64,000 nucleotides of DNA from Oikopleura dioica (lineage: Eukaryota > Animalia > Chordata): contig OU015567.1 of assembly GCA_907165135.1 (NCBI GenBank), forward strand, positions 12,648,001 through 12,712,000. Direction: 5' to 3'. The notes below the pieces were generated by a model. That model saw only the letters and a program-made list of their open reading frames with translations, ran no database searches and had not been told where the DNA came from. A program made the position numbers and the translations under genes. Each line of letters begins with the position of its first letter. Position 1 is the stretch's first letter. Positions 58,389 through 64,000 of this stretch are shown piece by piece.

Positions 58389-59725
58389 GTTTCTGAAATC
58401 AACGATGATTTTCTTTCCAAAAATTTAATTGAAAGTTTTTTCGAGTGTGAATGTGATAAGGTCATTTAGGAGGAGCGGGCTTTATAAAGCCTGGCTGGGG
58501 TAAACAAAGCCAATCAGCGGGAGAGGAGCAGCCCCTTTGGCGGCTGACGAAATTTTACCCGACGTCTGATGAAAACTTTAGAGCGACTGGGCGGCCAGGG
58601 GCGATAATAAATACGACAGCGGATGTTTGGGGCAATAACTAACGTGGAAAAAAGCGATAAGGAAAGAGGGCGAGTTACATAACTTGTCTCTCCGCCGAAT
58701 TAATCTCTTTTGAAACGGTTTTCTTTTGTTTCTAACTCAAGGAAGTGAAAATCTTTCTGAAATTCTATAAAAATTAAGATTTGTTTTTGACTATTTATAA
58801 AGAATATTTGGCTCATTTATCTTTACCTTTTCTCCAAAATAACGGGCTCCATTTTCTGACTCTTTATCTGAGTTTGTTTCTATTTGGATAGTCTCCAAAA
58901 GTGCTCAACCCTTTTGTTCAACTTCTTCTTTCTTTAGTGGAAATTTCCAAAAAGGACTGTCCCTGTCTCCCCAACCGTCTCCCGGGGAAAACCCCTTTTT
59001 GCGAAAATCACTTGTAAAGCTGATAAGCCCCCGAATTCCCCAAATTTGGTAGTATCAGGCCATCTACTGAATGCTCGGCTACCTGATGGAAAACTACTCT
59101 TCTCTCTGTCTTTTGTTCTGAATTGCTTCTGTCTATTTTTTGCTTCAACTCTGTCTTTTGCTTTTTGAAAAGAAAAAAAGCGGCCATTCTTTCTTTTTGA
59201 ATCCTTTTTTCATGTGATTCCCTGGTCATATGATTCAATGATACTGTTTTGGTGGTCAAATAGACGTAAATAGAGCCTGATAGCTTTGGTGCTTGTATTG
59301 ATATTTTTAAACGTAATTATGATAGGCAGGTTAACCCGGGTCACAGACTCGCCTGATGTTTGCTGACCTGACGAAAATGGTGAAAATTGACGCAGACAAA
59401 ATTAATGAAACTAGGTAAACTTACTTGTCGCTCATTTTTTCGCTATTGAATTTGGAAAGAACACGCTCTGGCATCTTTGAGAATTACAATTCGCCAACCC
59501 TTCTCTTTTCTCGTAAAACTGTTGTAAAACTCCGTTTAAAACTGAGGGTTGAAAAAGTTCATCTGAGCCTTTTGTTCGAACCAGGAGGAGTTCTAGAAAT
59601 AATATGGTCTACAAAGTTGGTTTATCGATTGAACTGGACCAATGCCTTTCAGCATATCCTCACTGCATATTAACGTCTGGCTGAAATGTCTGAGCAGAGA
59701 AAATCTTATCCATGTCGATTTCAGA

Positions 59726-62692
59726 ATGAAACAAAGTCTTCGAGTACACAGATGTTCGGTATTTTCAGAAAATCCGAGCGCAGTTCAAACTCTTCGTTAC
59801 GACACTGACAATGCTAGACTAGCCGTTGCAAGAGCTGATGGTCCAGAACAACGCGGAATCGAGGTGATGCCTTTAAATTCTTTCAGAAACTAAAAAAGCG
59901 TTTCAGATTTGGTCTTATTACAACCGGCGTTGTTGGGATCAAGTCGCGTTCATCCCTCCAGATGAGGATCGACCGGTAGATGTTTTAGAATGGACAAAGT
60001 ACGGGCTTTTACTGTCTGCCGGTGCCAATGGTTTCATTACTTCTTATTGCCCTAAAAGTTGCAAGGTGCGGACTACCCCGATATTCTCAATTAATCTTCC
60101 TTTCAAGGTCCTGGCAAATATGGATAGTGGAGCGTCGGCAGTGTGGTGTATGCGTAAATCACCCGACGGAGAACACCTCGCCGTCGGCGGAGAAGATGGA
60201 ATCGTGCGAATTTATGAAATAATGGATACTAAAACGGAAATGTGTCTCCTTTATCTCAAATCGTTCGAGCGGCAGGAAAAACGGGTTCTTTCGCTGTCCT
60301 GGCATTCGAAAGGAAAAGTATGAACGTTTACGCCTCTATCCTTTATCCCAGAAAAAGGGTCCTCCTTTAGAAAAAGACAAAATACGCTATACTATAAAAT
60401 ATACCGTATATTATATACCATGATAAAAAGTATAATCATGATTCATGAGCACGAAATATCGCTAGAGTTAAGGATCTTTGCGTCATGAACATTGAACGAA
60501 AGCTGTATCGTGACTGTTCATTTTAGCTTCTGTGTACGTCAGGAGTCGGTTCTATCCGGATTTGGAATGTGGAAACTGGCAGGATGCATCGTCAACTCGC
60601 TGTGTCTAAGGTTAGTTTTTCGGGCAGATTTCCACTCTTTCCCATCTGTGCGTGGAATTTTCCTTCGTTCATATGACATTATTGAAAACATGTACGATTT
60701 TTACTAAAACGCTCGGTATTTCGGCGAAGAAAGAGATGAAATTACAAAATTAACTAATTTAGGAAGGAAACATGGAAACAACAGTCTGGTGCAACCTTTT
60801 CCTAACAGACTACACGATCGTGACTGGCGATTCAAACGGAAGAATTAATTTCTACAACGGAAAATTGGGAGCGCTAGTTCAATCAATAAAGAAACACAAA
60901 CGAGATATTCTCACGATCGCTGCAAGTAAAAACGAAAGGATGGTCTTTGCTTCCGGAGTCGATCCATTGGTCTTGGCGTATGAGAACATCCGGGTTGGGG
61001 AAAGTGACTTTGAAGGAAAAGAAGAGGAGTGGCGACGAGTCTGGGGCCATGTGCTTCATGGCAACGATGTGCGACAGCTGGAAATTGTCGACCGCGAGAT
61101 CGTGAGCGCCGGAATAGACAGGAACATTGTAGTGGCGAGACAGAAAAAAGCAATAAACGACAACTCGAAATCGTCCAGCATCCTCCACAGCTATCGGCAA
61201 AGTCCGGTCTGTTCGGTCTCGAAGGAAGCCAGACTTTTCCTCCTGCAGGGCAGCTGTCAGCTTGATCTGTGGAAAATGGCTGACGCAGCGGAACTTGATG
61301 ATGATTGCATGGACGAGGACGAGGTAGAGGGCTCAAGTTTTTTATCTTGAAAGATTAATCTCACTTATCCAGGTATCGTCAGAAGCACCAGTGCATATTT
61401 TCTCCCTGAAAACGGAACCGCTTAGAGTTTCGACCATTTCGCCTGATGGAAACTGGGTTGCGTTTTCCACAGCATCGAAGCTTCGAGTGTACAGAGTGTT
61501 TAATGAAGATGATAATGTTGGATTAGAAAAGGTATTTCTTGAGGAAAGCTTATAAGAATCAATTTAAAACTTTTTTATTAAAGATAATGATCGGGGAAGC
61601 GATAAAGGAAGCTCCCCTCCAGCTGCAGTTCTCCCCCGACTCGAAGCTCTTATTCTATGGAACGTACTCGTCGGAGCTCAAATCATTGAAAATCGATGAC
61701 GACTCCGAAGCATTAGTCGCCGGGCCGACCTTGCAAGCAAAAGAAAAGACGCAAGAAACACTCAGAGCAATCAAATTCAGTAGAACTTGCAAATACGTGG
61801 CATCGATCGGGTTGAGCTCGTATTTGTTCAATTTGGAGGAGGACTCAATGATTTTGATTCCGAGAGCGGCGACCGCTTACACCGCCGCGAATTTCATAAT
61901 GAGTGAAAATGGGTGAGGCGCTTTTAATTGAAATTGCTTAAAAATAAACTAGAGAAGAAACGCTTTTGGCATCGACGGCTAGCCGAGATATCCACGAATT
62001 CAATCTCGAAGGCGAGTATACAAAATGGTCGAACTCGTCGTCCATCCCCCCCTACATGGCGCAAGTATCGATCGAAAATCGTCTCTATCGATCAGTTTGG
62101 AACGCGCCCGATTATCCTTTGCGACAACGAGAGCTTTACGTTCATGGATAGAAGCCGGCAGGAATCTAAGAACCTTACCAAAATCAGATGTAGGTGACTA
62201 GTATTGTCAATAATTTGTTGATCCTCAATTTATGACGTGTAATCCGTTCATGGTTTATTTGCGGCTTATTTTAATTAGCTCAATCTCGCGAGATTTCTAA
62301 TAATTTTGAAATAAAGATTAAGTTATCCGCCCTTATTTAAACTAGAAGGTTTTAATGCCCACTCTTTTAAAAGATTCTTTAAAATCTATCTTTTTTGTAC
62401 GAAGTCTGAAATGTTCCACAATAAATTCTTCCTAGCCGCCGCCCAGGAAAAGAAATTCATCGAAGAGAACAAAGGAAGACTGTCTCACGAAGGAAAGAAC
62501 ATGAAAAACTTCAGTAGAGCGTTGCCACCGACTGTTAGCGAGACAGAATTCACGGAAATCTGTCGATGGAAATACGTCTTACACGCAGAAGCAGTAAGCA
62601 AGGACGAACTACTTGTGATTGACCGACCTGTTGGCGAAATTCTCGCATCTCTCCCGCCCGCTTTCCACCAAAAGAAATTCGGCAATAAATAA
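59726..62692 (+). CDS. UTP4: U3 snoRNA-associated WD40 protein UTP4/cirhin, multi-exon
   Basis: N-terminal RVHRCSVF...AVQTLRY...RLAVARADG, WD repeats (LLSAGANG, VWCM, IVTGDSNG, GHVLHGNDV) and C-terminal LPPAFHQKKFG, matching the cirhin pattern. Confidence 0.9.
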
Positions 62693-62784
62693 GTTCTACT
62701 TTTTTTCTGTCTTATTTCAATTAATGTCAGCTGATTGTAGGCTGGTTGAGAGGATTAAAAAAATATCGAAAAGTTTAAGCTTGT

Positions 62785-62810
62785 TTTTATGCATTATTTC
62801 TTTTCAGACT
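62785..62810 (+). promoter_or_regulatory. Putative SL trans-splice acceptor for ZNF207
   Basis: Pyrimidine-rich TTTCTTTTCAG about 20 nt before the ATG, in a 134-bp gap after the UTP4 stop. A similar TTTCAG lies 1 nt before the UTP4 ATG. Confidence 0.55.
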
Positions 62811-62826
62811 TTCAATTTATTGAAAT

Positions 62827-64000
62827 ATGGGTCGCAAAAAGAGAAAGACTGTGCGCCCCTGGTGCTGGTACTGCAACAGGGAATTCGATGACGAGGCGGT
62901 TTTGATTCAGCATCAGAAGGCCAGGCATTTTAAATGTCATGTCTGCCACAAGAAGTTGTTCACTGGGCCTGGACTGGCTATTCATTGTGTTCAGGTAAAC
63001 CCGAAAAAATCAACATGACGCCAAAGAAACATGATTTTTAGGTTCACAAAGAGACAATCGACGCGATTCCAAACTCGCTAGACCGCCGAAGTGATCCGGA
63101 AATTGAAATTTACGGAATGAAGGGAATTCCCATCGACGACATGGTCAAACATCAACGAGATGTCAACGCACGCCATGTAAAATGCTCTTTTTTTGCTTCT
63201 CAATAAAGATGATTTTTGTAGGGAAAACGGCCGAAAATCGAGGAAGATGACAGCGATGATTCTGACGACTCAGATGACTCCGGCGATGAGAACTCGCAAT
63301 TTAATCCGATGATGATGATGCAAATGATGCAGTCGATGCAAGGAGGAGGAGCTGCTGCTGGAGGAGGCGCAGCCGCACCGGTATAAATTCAGCATATATC
63401 GTAAAGAAATGAATATCATGATCGCCAGATTAGAGGGTAAACAATTTCAAAATTTAGAATCCGATGATGGCGATGATGCAAATGATGATGCAGAATCAAG
63501 CTGGTGGTGGAGCAGCAGCACCAGGAGCTCCAGGAGCGCCGGGCCAAATGCCAGGAATGATGGGAAATCCGCGAATGCCTGGTATGGGCGGACCAATGGG
63601 CCAAGAAAAGCAGAGTAGATGTATTAATCACCACTTATGAACCCATGGTAAACCTGTTCTTTTAGTTTCTGGGCAAGGAGGCGCCCCGAGGCCGCTCTTC
63701 GCTGGAGGTGTTTCTGGTAATCATGCTCCGCCGCCGCCATCGATGCCGCCAGTGCCAACAGTTGGTAAAGTTGTCGTTCAGTCGAAAAACACGAGAATTA
63801 TGCACCCAGAGGAAGATATATCACTAGAAGAGCTCAAAGTAAGATCCCAGGAGAGAATTTGGTCTTGATTTCCATATTTAGGCGAGGAAATATCAGCATT
63901 TAGCTGACAGAAGCGGACCAGTACAATTTAACTTCTCCAAGCCGCAACAAAATAACATGCTGCCCTCGCACATGGACAATGGTGGGCCTGGTGGCGATGG
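62827..64000 (+). CDS. ZNF207: BuGZ/ZNF207 zinc-finger protein, truncated by the window end
   Basis: [49 protein letters not shown], then spliced [12 protein letters not shown]...EIEIYGM and low-complexity M/Q/P-rich exons. Confidence 0.95.

Noticed and set aside
58860-59259. K/E/Q-rich minus-strand ORF fragments between CHAC and UTP4
   Set aside because: No reliable start, splice chain or motif. It may be low-complexity intergenic sequence.

Overview
Compact eukaryotic (animal) genomic DNA, most likely the appendicularian tunicate Oikopleura or a close relative. This is an inference from many 35-80 nt introns, apparent non-canonical GA-AG introns, TTTCAG acceptors directly before ATGs, an operon-like UTP4-ZNF207 pair and a Tor-like Ty3/gypsy element. 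The window holds about 15 host genes: a secreted coiled-coil orphan, an IPNS-like 2OG-Fe(II) dioxygenase, an 18.6-kb 12-exon Eph receptor with a degenerate kinase and no SAM domain, a large SRCR/thyroglobulin-1/TIL/ShK mosaic secreted protein, a sarcomeric myosin heavy chain, two small type I membrane proteins, a serpin with a CxxC in its reactive loop, CHAC, UTP4, ZNF207 and several orphans. It also holds one tRNA-Lys(CTT) and five non-autonomous TIR elements with 3-, 8- and 9-bp TSDs. The most striking feature is a 5786-bp LTR retroelement (12137-17922). It has identical 173-bp LTRs ending TAATG...CATTA rather than TG...CA, a perfect 5-bp TSD, gag and pol joined by a TAATG stop-start overlap, intact PR-RT-RNaseH, no integrase, and an unknown 273-aa ORF in the integrase/env position. 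Three homopolymer frameshifts in conserved genes suggest assembly indel errors. All gene models were assembled by hand without database searches.
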